Program-made: the position numbers and the translations under genes
Assembly: GCA_003157485.1 (NCBI GenBank)
Contig: PMJQ01000101.1
Location: 11,443-75,442, forward strand
Reading direction: 5' to 3'
From: Ignavibacteriota bacterium
Lineage (GTDB): Bacteria; Bacteroidota; Ignavibacteria; UBA10030; UBA6906
Length of the DNA: 64,000 nucleotides
Part shown: positions 34,318 to 42,375 of the stretch, in pieces
Layout of the letters: each line of letters starts with the position of its first letter
Position numbering within the stretch: the first letter of the stretch is position 1
The notes under the pieces: model-generated
The model's database searches: none
Seen by the model: the letters and a program-made list of their open reading frames with translations, nothing else
Told to the model about the DNA's origin: nothing

Positions 34318-37070
34318 AACCGACGTATCATATCGTCTCCCACTCGCACTGGGACAGGGAATGGTACAAGAGCTTCGAGCAGTTCCGTGCGATGCTCGTC
34401 GCGATGATCGACGATCTTCTCGACATCCTCAGGCGCGACCCGGAGTTCCTGCATTTCACGCTCGACGGGCAGACCGTCGTACTGGAAGACTATCTCGCGG
34501 TCCGTCCGGAAAAGCGGGACGAGATCCGGCGTCTCGTCGGCGAGGGACGCATCGTGACGGGGCCGTGGTATGTCCTCCCCGACGAATTCCTCGTCAGCGG
34601 CGAATCGACGGTGCGGAATCTCATGACCGGCACGCGCATGGCGGCGTCGTTCGGCAGGATGATGCCCGTGGGATATATCCCCGATTCATTCGGCCACATT
34701 GCGATGATGCCGGCGATACTTCGCGGGTTCGGCATCGGGACGGCTCTCGTCTACAGGGGGTTTGGGGGGGAGCCCGGCCAGCAGATGTCGGAGTACTGGT
34801 GGGAGGCTCCGGACGGGACGCGCGCGCTCATGATCCACCTCTTCCGTCACGGGTACAGCGCGGGGTATTTTCACGGGGAGACTGACGGGGAGATCCTGAA
34901 GAGGTTTGCCTCCCTCAAGGAGGAGCTTGACCGATGCGCCTCGACGTCGCACCGGCTCTTGATGAACGGCGGGGACCACCACTGGCCCGACCCGCACATC
35001 CCCGCCACCCTGGATCTTCTCCGGAGATCGTTCGAGGGGACGTTTGAGCACAGCACCGTCGAGCGCTACGCCCGCGCAGTGCGCGCTGAGATACTTCCAT
35101 CCGGAGCGGAGATGGCGCCTGCGGTGGCGCCTGCGGCGCCACAGGCGCCGCAGGCGCCAATCCCCGTTGTCGAGGGGGAGCTCAGGTTCGGGTACAGGTA
35201 CGCTTTTGCCGTCCTGGGGGGGGTCTATTCCAGCAGGATGTACGTCAAGCAGGCGAACTGGAAATCGGAGATGCTCCTCGAACGGTATGCGGAGCCCCTG
35301 AACGCGCTCGCCCGGGCGTCGGGGAAGCGCTCCCAGTTGCCCCTCCTGCGCCATGCCTGGCGTTCGCTCATGAAAAATCATCCCCATGACAGCATCTGCG
35401 GCTGTTCGATCGACGCGGTGCACAGGGAAATGATGACCCGCTTCGCGGCGGTGGAGCAGACCGGCGGAGCCGTTGTCGATGCCGCGCTCGGTCACATTCT
35501 CCCGTACGACGATGCCGCCTCCGGCGACGACACGCACCTGTTCCTGTTCAATCCCTCCCCCTTCCCGCGGACGGAGACCGTGGAGGCCGAAGTCCGCTTC
35601 TTCCGCAGGGACGTTGTCGTCGGGTTGAATCCCGACGTGGTTGTGGACCCGGAGATTCCTCCCGTGAAAGGTTTTGCACTCATCGATTCCTCCGGAAGCG
35701 AAGTCCCCTTCCAGCTTCTCCGCAGGGAGAAAACGTACGATATCACGTACAGTCACTACAACTATCCCCGCCAGACGCTTGCCGACAGGTTCAGCATCCT
35801 CGTCGGCGCGAAAGACGTCCCCCCTCTCGGCTTCAGGGGTTTCCGCGTCGAGAAGAGAGCGCAACTTCCCGCTCCCCCGCCCGCCGTGAAGGCCGGGAAG
35901 AATTACATCGAGAACAGGTATCTCCGTGTCTCGGTCAGCCCGGGGGGTGCTCTGACGGTGCAGGACAGGATCAGGGGGAAGAAATACCGGGGGCTGAACG
36001 TGTTCGAGGATTCCGGAGACGTCGGGGACGAGTACAATTATTCCTACCCCGGGCATGACAAGGTTGTCCGGTCGGGGAAGGGCGGCGCGCGCGTGAGCGT
36101 TCTTGAGCGCGGCCCGCTGAGGGCATCGCTCCTCGTTGCGGCGACGCTCCGGATCCCCGGGGAGGCCTCCGCCGACAGGAAGCGGAGGGGGACAAAGACG
36201 GTTGCGCTTCCGGTGAAGACGCGAATCTCCCTGGGAGAGCACTCCCGGTTCGTGGAGTGCGAGACCACGGTGGAGAACAGGGGACGGGATCACCGCCTCC
36301 GGGTCCTCTTTCCTCTGGGGACCCGGACCGACCGCGTGCTCGCCGACTCGCAATTCTGCATTGTGGAGCGGGTGCAGAGAACGTATGACCTCCGGAGTTT
36401 CACGATCGAACATCCGGCGCAGGTCGCCCCGATGCAGCGGTTCGTCACAGTGAACGGACCGGACCGTTCGCTGACGCTCCTTGCGTACGGACTTCCGGAG
36501 TACGAATTGATCCTGGACGGGAAGGGGACGCTGGCGCTTACGCTTCTCCGCTGCGTCGGGCTTCTCGCCGGGGACGATCTCATCACGCGCCCCGGAGGGA
36601 AGGCGGGCTGGCACAACGAGACGCCCGATGCGCAGTGCCAGGGGCTCCACGTGTTCCGTTATGCGCTTCTTCCCCACGGTCCCGAAGATCCCGCGTGGGG
36701 GGAATTCGTCACGCGTGAAAGCGAAAGCTTCCATCTCCCGATCCTTCCGTTCAGGAGGAAGAACGTCTCGCCGCTCCCCCTGGAGTCCTCGCTCTTCGCG
36801 CTGGAGGGGGCCCCGCTCGTCCTGAGCGCACTCAAGGAGTCCGAGGACGGGACGGGAATTGTCGTCCGCGTCTACAATCCCGGACCCGCGGCCGTTGAAG
36901 GAACACTGCGGTGCGCGCGTCCGGTGAAGGAAGCGCAATTCGTGAACCTGAACGAGGAGCCCTCCGCCCGGGCGGAGGTAGCCGGCGATCCGTGCGGGTC
37001 GGCGATTCCGCTCCGCGTTCCCTCCGGCGGGATCGTCACCGTCTGCGTCAGGTTCGAGAGGACGTCATGA
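34314..37070 (+). CDS. GH38 family alpha-mannosidase / mannosylglycerate hydrolase-like, cytoplasmic
   Basis: 'MKPTYHIVSHSHWDREWYKSFEQFR', 'GPWYVLPDEFLVSGESTVRNL', 'GYIPDSFGH', 'LMNGGDHHWP'. No signal peptide. ATGA overlaps on both sides. Confidence 0.9.
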   Translation: MKPTYHIVSHSHWDREWYKSFEQFRAMLVAMIDDLLDILRRDPEFLHFTLDGQTVVLEDYLAVRPEKRDEIRRLVGEGRIVTGPWYVLPDEFLVSGESTVRNLMTGTRMAASFGRMMPVGYIPDSFGHIAMMPAILRGFGIGTALVYRGFGGEPGQQMSEYWWEAPDGTRALMIHLFRHGYSAGYFHGETDGEILKRFASLKEELDRCASTSHRLLMNGGDHHWPDPHIPATLDLLRRSFEGTFEHSTVERYARAVRAEILPSGAEMAPAVAPAAPQAPQAPIPVVEGELRFGYRYAFAVLGGVYSSRMYVKQANWKSEMLLERYAEPLNALARASGKRSQLPLLRHAWRSLMKNHPHDSICGCSIDAVHREMMTRFAAVEQTGGAVVDAALGHILPYDDAASGDDTHLFLFNPSPFPRTETVEAEVRFFRRDVVVGLNPDVVVDPEIPPVKGFALIDSSGSEVPFQLLRREKTYDITYSHYNYPRQTLADRFSILVGAKDVPPLGFRGFRVEKRAQLPAPPPAVKAGKNYIENRYLRVSVSPGGALTVQDRIRGKKYRGLNVFEDSGDVGDEYNYSYPGHDKVVRSGKGGARVSVLERGPLRASLLVAATLRIPGEASADRKRRGTKTVALPVKTRISLGEHSRFVECETTVENRGRDHRLRVLFPLGTRTDRVLADSQFCIVERVQRTYDLRSFTIEHPAQVAPMQRFVTVNGPDRSLTLLAYGLPEYELILDGKGTLALTLLRCVGLLAGDDLITRPGGKAGWHNETPDAQCQGLHVFRYALLPHGPEDPAWGEFVTRESESFHLPILPFRRKNVSPLPLESSLFALEGAPLVLSALKESEDGTGIVVRVYNPGPAAVEGTLRCARPVKEAQFVNLNEEPSARAEVAGDPCGSAIPLRVPSGGIVTVCVRFERTS
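35114..35158 (+). repeat. GGCGCC-rich 45-nt quasi-palindromic element, copy B, inside the GH38 CDS
   Basis: ggcgcctgcggtggcgcctgcggcgccacaggcgccgcaggcgcc. Contains a perfect 11-bp stem CCTGCGGCGCC-ACA-GGCGCCGCAGG. It is in frame and encodes 'APAVAPAAPQAPQAP'. Confidence 0.8.
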
Positions 37071-38194
37071 ACGCGCTCAGAGATATCGTCCGTGCGCCGA
37101 TCCGTCTTCTCCCCAATCGCGTCTGGCGGATGTACAGCGGAGGGGCGATGATCGGACTCATGCAGGGGGCGGGGGGGAGGACGGACACCGAGTTCCCCGA
37201 AGAATGGGTGGGATCCTCGGTCCAGGCGCGGAATCCCGGGTCACACTTCAGGGCGGGAGAAGGGCTGGCACTCTTCAGTCCCGGACAGGGCGATCCGGTG
37301 ACGCTCAAATCCGCGCTCGAGGCCTTTCCCGCCGAGATGCTCGGACCGTCCCATGTCAGGGAATTCGGCACAAACGCGGCGCTCCTTGTCAAGCTTCTCG
37401 ATGCAGCGGTGCGGCTCATGGTCCATGCCCACCCGTCGAAAAAATTCGCCGCAGAACACCTGGGGAGCTGCTTCGGCAAGACCGAGGCGTGGTTTGTCCT
37501 GGGGACGCGCCCGGACCAGGAAGACCCGTTCGTCCTGATCGCATTCCGGGAAGAGGTGAGCCGCGGGCGTTTCCGTGCGATGATCGACGCGCAGGACGTC
37601 GACTCCATGATCGGCGTCCTGCACAGGGTTCCTGTCAGGGCGGGGGACGTCGTCTATGTCAGGGCCGGGCTCCCCCACGCAATCGGCGGGGGGGTGTTCA
37701 TGGTGGAACTCCAGGAGCCCACCGACTACTCGATCATGCTCGAGCGGCGGGCCCCCAACTACACGTTCAGCGCGAAGGAGTCGTTTCTCGGCCTCGATCA
37801 GTCGCTTACCCTCTCCGTCATCGACCACCGGGTCTACTCCGCGGAGGACATCGCACGGGAACTGCTCATCCGCCCGCGGCTCGTCCGGAGCGAGGGGGAA
37901 AGCGCGGAGGTCGAGCTTCTCGGGTATGACACAACGGAGTGCTTCGCGGGACGGAGACTCACAGTCAGAGGGAGCCTCGCCGGAGACACGGAGGGGCGCT
38001 ACTGCCTTCTTGTTGTCCTTGAAGGGGAAGGTTCGATGAATCACGCGGGGGGGGAGACGCGCCTTGTGCGGGGGATGGAGCTTTTTGTCCCGGCCTCCGT
38101 CGGCACACATGAGTTCAGAAGCAGGGAAGGCCTCGTCATGTTCAAGAGCCTCCCCGCCAGGATTACTGGAAAAGAACCCGTACAGGGAGCATGA
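37067..38194 (+). CDS. manA: class I mannose-6-phosphate isomerase
   Basis: 'RVWRMYSGGAMI', 'LLVKLLDAAVRLMVHAHPSK', 'GKTEAWFVLG', 'VYVRAGLPHAIGGGVFMVELQEPTDYS'. ATGA overlap with the GH38 stop. Confidence 0.8.
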   Translation: MNALRDIVRAPIRLLPNRVWRMYSGGAMIGLMQGAGGRTDTEFPEEWVGSSVQARNPGSHFRAGEGLALFSPGQGDPVTLKSALEAFPAEMLGPSHVREFGTNAALLVKLLDAAVRLMVHAHPSKKFAAEHLGSCFGKTEAWFVLGTRPDQEDPFVLIAFREEVSRGRFRAMIDAQDVDSMIGVLHRVPVRAGDVVYVRAGLPHAIGGGVFMVELQEPTDYSIMLERRAPNYTFSAKESFLGLDQSLTLSVIDHRVYSAEDIARELLIRPRLVRSEGESAEVELLGYDTTECFAGRRLTVRGSLAGDTEGRYCLLVVLEGEGSMNHAGGETRLVRGMELFVPASVGTHEFRSREGLVMFKSLPARITGKEPVQGA

Positions 38195-38430
38195 TGACGT
38201 TTCCGAAAAAACCCGGAATGACGGAGGGGCACGACGAGCGCTCGGTCCAGCTCCTGGAGTTCCTTCTCGCCGACGAGGTGAACCATGTTCTTTACGGCAT
38301 TCACTGGATCGACGATCTGACGAAGGACGACCCCGAACGCCGCGCCCATGTCCTCGCGTGCCCGAATCAGGTGCTCACAGCGCAGCATCCGGTCGGCGGC
38401 CGGTTCAACGAAACGATCAATGTCCGCTGA
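38191..38430 (+). CDS. 79-aa ORF resembling only the C-terminal end of a DUF455/ferritin-like protein (probable gene remnant)
   Basis: 'LLADEVNHVLYGIHWIDDL...GGRFNETINVR'. The GC3-rich codon pattern is consistent with coding sequence. ATGA overlap with the manA stop. Full-length family members are several times longer. Confidence 0.4.
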   Translation: MMTFPKKPGMTEGHDERSVQLLEFLLADEVNHVLYGIHWIDDLTKDDPERRAHVLACPNQVLTAQHPVGGRFNETINVR

Positions 38431-38438
38431 GGCCTCCC

Positions 38439-39335
38439 ATGCACGTCGCGCAGTTTGAAGACCGCTCCGGTCCTTTTGTCGGGATCCGGGAGGGGAAAAA
38501 GTGGATCAACTACGGGAAGGCGGAGCGCGTCATGTACATGCTCCGCCACGGGGTCGTGGCCGCGGGAACGGAGACGATCGAAGATCTGTTCGCCCGCGGG
38601 CTGTTCGAGCCGGCCCTCTTCCGGGAGGTGCTCGGCTACATACGCCGGGAGCGTCTGGAGAGATTCGTCTCCGCGAGCCGTGATGCCCGGCTCGTCGCCC
38701 CCCTGAGATCCCCCCGCAAGATCATCGCGCTGGGACTCAACTACGCGCTCCACGCGAAGGAAGGGGCTCTCCCCGTTCCGGACGAGCCGATCATATTCAT
38801 GAAAGCGGGATCCTCCGTGATCGGGCCGGACGAACCCGTGCGGCTCCCCCGCGGCATGGGGAGGATGGATCACGAGGTCGAGCTGGCGGTCGTCATCGGA
38901 CGGAAGGCCGTCGCCGTCCGCGAGAAAGACGCCTGGGGCCATGTCGCCGGGTATACGATCTGCAACGACATCAGCGCGCGCGATATCCAGACGGCTGATC
39001 TCGGCAAAAAACATCCCTGGTTCCGTTCGAAGAGCTTTGATACGTTCACGCCGCTCGGGCCATGGATTGTCACTGCGGATGAGATCAGGCCCCCCGTCCA
39101 CCTCGATCTCGAATGCCGCGTGAACGGCAGAATCCGGCAGAAGGCGAACACGCGGGATCTCATCTTCGGGATTGCAGAGGTCATCTCCTGGATCTCACGG
39201 ACGATCACGCTGGACCCGGGGGACGTGATTTCCACGGGAACGCCGGAGGGGATCGGACCCGTGAAGGGGGGAGATCTGATTGTCTGCCGGATACAAGGGA
39301 TAGGCGAACTCCGCAATCCGGTGCGCTGGCGATGA
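38439..39335 (+). CDS. fumarylacetoacetate hydrolase (FAH) family protein
   Basis: 'KIIALGLNYALHAKE', 'IIFMKAGSSVIGPDEPVRLP', 'DHEVELAVVIGRK', 'GYTICNDISARD', 'PGDVISTGTPEGIGPV'. Confidence 0.85.
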   Translation: MHVAQFEDRSGPFVGIREGKKWINYGKAERVMYMLRHGVVAAGTETIEDLFARGLFEPALFREVLGYIRRERLERFVSASRDARLVAPLRSPRKIIALGLNYALHAKEGALPVPDEPIIFMKAGSSVIGPDEPVRLPRGMGRMDHEVELAVVIGRKAVAVREKDAWGHVAGYTICNDISARDIQTADLGKKHPWFRSKSFDTFTPLGPWIVTADEIRPPVHLDLECRVNGRIRQKANTRDLIFGIAEVISWISRTITLDPGDVISTGTPEGIGPVKGGDLIVCRIQGIGELRNPVRWR

Positions 39336-40438
39336 AGCTTGAGCGGATAACGCTGACGCATGTCCGGATCCCCCTTCTGGAGCCGTTCCGGATCAGCAAC
39401 GGGGAGGTGAGCGAGAAGGACGGCATACTCGTTCGCGTCGAAGCCGGTGGGATCGCCGGGATGGGGGAGGCGTCCCCCATGGCCGGGACGTTTTACTCGG
39501 ACGACACCCCGGCGTCGGTGTGGAAGTTCCTGACGGAACGGCTGATACCGGCCGCGTTTGCGGCCAAGGCGGTCTCTGTCGCCTCGATCAACAGGGTCCT
39601 CGACAGGGCGGGCGGGAGCCCCTTCGCGCGCGCGGGACTCGAGACCGCGTTCTGGGATCTTGAGGCCCGCGCCGCCGGAAAGCCCCTGTACGAAGCGCTC
39701 GGCGGGTACAATGTCCCCGTCGAATCGGGTCTTGCGGTCGGCATTACGAAGGGGATCCCTGCGCTCATCGCCACGATCGAGAAGTACCTGGCAGAGGGAT
39801 ACAAGCGGGTCAAAATCAAAATCGAACCGGGGTGGGATGTCGGGCCGCTCGGTGAGATACGGCAGCGGTTCGGCGACATCCCCCTGATGGTCGATGCGAA
39901 CGGAGCGTACGGGAGGGAGGATAGTGCGCATCTCCGGCTTCTTGACGCATTCGGGCTCATGATGATCGAACAACCCCTCCCGCGCAGTGATCTGAAGGGC
40001 CATGCGGACCTCCAGGCGGTGATGAGAACCCCCCTCTGCCTTGACGAGGGAGCGGAAGACTCCGCTGCCGTGAGGCGTGCAATCCGCATGAAGAGCTGCA
40101 GGATCATCAACATCAAAATACAGCGCGTCGGCGGGCTGGCAAATGCCAGGGCGATCCACGACATCTGTGCGAAGGCGGGGATGCCGGTCTGGGCGGGCAC
40201 GATGCCGGAACTCGGGATCGGCGCGGCGCAGACGCTGCACATGGCGACGCTTCCGAATTTCGCGTACCCGACGGACGTCGAATCATCCGCCCGGTGGTTC
40301 CTCGACGACGTCATCGAACCGCTCATCACGGTGCAGGGGGGAAAAATCTCCATACCGGCGGGGACCGGCAACTGCTATGAACCGTCTGAACGGACAATCG
40401 GCCGTTTCCGGGTCGCCGAACGGGTCTTCACGCCGTAG
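39332..40438 (+). CDS. enolase-superfamily MLE-subgroup enzyme (o-succinylbenzoate synthase / N-acylamino-acid racemase-like)
   Basis: 'GMGEASPM', KxK 'YKRVKIKIEPG', 'LMVDANGAY', 'MMIEQPL', 'LCLDEG', 'CRIINIKIQRVGG'. ATGA overlap upstream. Confidence 0.8.
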   Translation: MKLERITLTHVRIPLLEPFRISNGEVSEKDGILVRVEAGGIAGMGEASPMAGTFYSDDTPASVWKFLTERLIPAAFAAKAVSVASINRVLDRAGGSPFARAGLETAFWDLEARAAGKPLYEALGGYNVPVESGLAVGITKGIPALIATIEKYLAEGYKRVKIKIEPGWDVGPLGEIRQRFGDIPLMVDANGAYGREDSAHLRLLDAFGLMMIEQPLPRSDLKGHADLQAVMRTPLCLDEGAEDSAAVRRAIRMKSCRIINIKIQRVGGLANARAIHDICAKAGMPVWAGTMPELGIGAAQTLHMATLPNFAYPTDVESSARWFLDDVIEPLITVQGGKISIPAGTGNCYEPSERTIGRFRVAERVFTP

Positions 40439-40452
40439 GAGGAAGGAGTCAC

Positions 40453-41463
40453 ATGTCACTTCGGACATCGTTCCTGGGGCTGGACCTCCAGAGTCCCGTC
40501 ATCGTGGCTTCCGGTCCTGCCAGCCACGACGTCAACCAGGTCCGCACCGCGGAGGAACAGGGGGCGGGTGCTGTCGTTCTGAAGACTGCATGTTCCGACC
40601 GATACGCTGAAATGCGTTCCTGGCCCAGGCCCAGGTACAAGCTGCTGGACTGGGACAGGCAGATCAGGGGCCGTTCGAAAGCCTTCTCGCTCTACTCGTA
40701 CGAACAGGGGTACAGCGGGACGCTCGGAGATTACTGGGAGTTCATACGCGCCTGCAAAAGCCGCACGTCACTGCCGGTGATCGGGAGCATATTCGCCGGC
40801 CCCCCGGGGGAGTGGGAAGACCTCGCCGGGCATGTGGAATCAAACGGCGCCGACGCGGTCGAGCTTGATATCTCCTCCCCGCACCGCCCGGGGAGCCTCG
40901 CATTCGAATCGACGTTCGTCGCGGCGATACGGGCCGTTGCAAGGGGGGTGAAAATACCCGTACTCGTGAAGCTCGCCCCCGGTCCCGACGTGCCGGACCA
41001 GTGCGTTGCCGCAGAGCAGGCGGGAGCCTCGGCCCTTACCCTGTGCAACAGGCTGCGGGGGATCGACGTGGATTGCGAATCGCAGCGTCCGATACTTCAC
41101 GGTTCGTACGGGGGGATCGGCGGTCCGTGGGCAAAGTACTACACGATGAGGCACGTGGCCGAGGCTGCGCAGCGGATCAGCGTCCCCATCAGCGCAACGG
41201 GGGGCGTGATGACGGGGGAAGACGCCGTCAAGTACATCCTGCTCGGTGCATCGACCGTTCAGGTGCTCTCCGTCATACTCGTGAACGGGTGGGAATCCAT
41301 AGGGAGAATCAACGACAGTGTCCTATCATATTGCGACAGGAAGCAGGTTCACGCTGTCCGTGAACTGTGCGGCAGGGCGCTGGAGCACCTGACCCCTCCG
41401 GGAGAGATCACGCGCTGGTCAGGAGAACCGATTGACGGACCGCGAAATGACTGGAAAGAGTGA
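40453..41463 (+). CDS. dihydroorotate dehydrogenase-like / PreA-like flavoprotein domain
   Basis: 'FLGLDLQSPVIVASGP', 'AGAVVLKT', 'ADAVELDISSPH', 'IPVLVKLAP', 'ISATGGVMTGEDAVKYILLGASTVQV'. SD AGGAGGAAGGAG upstream. Confidence 0.75.
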   Translation: MSLRTSFLGLDLQSPVIVASGPASHDVNQVRTAEEQGAGAVVLKTACSDRYAEMRSWPRPRYKLLDWDRQIRGRSKAFSLYSYEQGYSGTLGDYWEFIRACKSRTSLPVIGSIFAGPPGEWEDLAGHVESNGADAVELDISSPHRPGSLAFESTFVAAIRAVARGVKIPVLVKLAPGPDVPDQCVAAEQAGASALTLCNRLRGIDVDCESQRPILHGSYGGIGGPWAKYYTMRHVAEAAQRISVPISATGGVMTGEDAVKYILLGASTVQVLSVILVNGWESIGRINDSVLSYCDRKQVHAVRELCGRALEHLTPPGEITRWSGEPIDGPRNDWKE

Positions 41464-41749
41464 TAAATATCCCGGACTCTCCCCGCTCCCCCCGCCGTTC
41501 GCAGGAGAGGATCCTCCGATCGCGGAGGTCATCGTGGAGAAGTGCATCGGGTGCGACAGGTGTCCCCCGCTCTGTTTCTTCGATTCGCTCTTTATGGAAG
41601 AAGCGCCGGGACACCCGTTCGGGCGCGTCGCCCTGGTCGTTCCCGGAAAATGCACCGGGTGCGGCCTCTGCTTTGAAGCATGCCCCGTGGATGCGTTCCG
41701 GTGGGTTCCCGGCCCGCGTCCTGCCCGCGGGGGGAGGGAGGACAGATGA
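41432..41749 (+). CDS. 2x[4Fe-4S] ferredoxin-domain protein
   Basis: 'CIGCDRCPPLC' and 'CTGCGLCFEACP'. Overlaps the end of the DHOD-like gene in another frame; ATG 41447 is an alternative start. Confidence 0.65.
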   Translation: MTDREMTGKSDKYPGLSPLPPPFAGEDPPIAEVIVEKCIGCDRCPPLCFFDSLFMEEAPGHPFGRVALVVPGKCTGCGLCFEACPVDAFRWVPGPRPARGGREDR

Positions 41750-42375
41750 AAATCATCGACCTGACGCACCCCGTCAGAGAATCGATCCCGGCGTATTTCC
41801 CATGGCATCCCCCCACGGTGCTTGAGCGGACCGCCAGCTACGCCGAGAACTCCTGCGTCGTGACGCGCCTGAGCATAGGGACGCACACCGGCACGCACAT
41901 CGACGCGCCGAGCCACATTTTCGAGGGGATGCATACAATTGACGGTTACGATCCCTCCCTCTGGTACCTCGATGCGCGGGTCCTCGATTTCACGCCGCGC
42001 TCTCCGCGCCAGGAGATAACGCTCGCCGATTTGAAACGAAAACGTCTCCGGAAGGGGGGGGCGGTGATTCTCAAAACCGGGTGGGACAGATATTTCGGCC
42101 GTCCGGACTATTACGCGACGTATCCTCCGCTCGGAACTGAAGCGGCGCAGTATCTCGTCAGGTGCGGGGTCCGTGCGGTGGCCTCAGACACGCCGTTCAC
42201 GCTTGATGTGCACAGGATACTCCTGAAGGAGGGAATTCCCCTCATCACGAACCTGAACAATACAGCCCGGCTGAATGCCGGGACCGTTCGCCTTGTCGCC
42301 GCCCCTCTTCTTATAGAGGGGGGAGATGGTGCGCCCGCCCGGGTCTTTGCCGTCGTGAACGGGAGTGGGAAATGA
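41746..42375 (+). CDS. cyclase family protein (kynurenine formamidase-like)
   Basis: 'SIGTHTGTHIDAPSH' (HxGTHxDxPxH), 'GAVILKTGWD'. ATGA overlap upstream. Confidence 0.8.
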   Translation: MKIIDLTHPVRESIPAYFPWHPPTVLERTASYAENSCVVTRLSIGTHTGTHIDAPSHIFEGMHTIDGYDPSLWYLDARVLDFTPRSPRQEITLADLKRKRLRKGGAVILKTGWDRYFGRPDYYATYPPLGTEAAQYLVRCGVRAVASDTPFTLDVHRILLKEGIPLITNLNNTARLNAGTVRLVAAPLLIEGGDGAPARVFAVVNGSGK

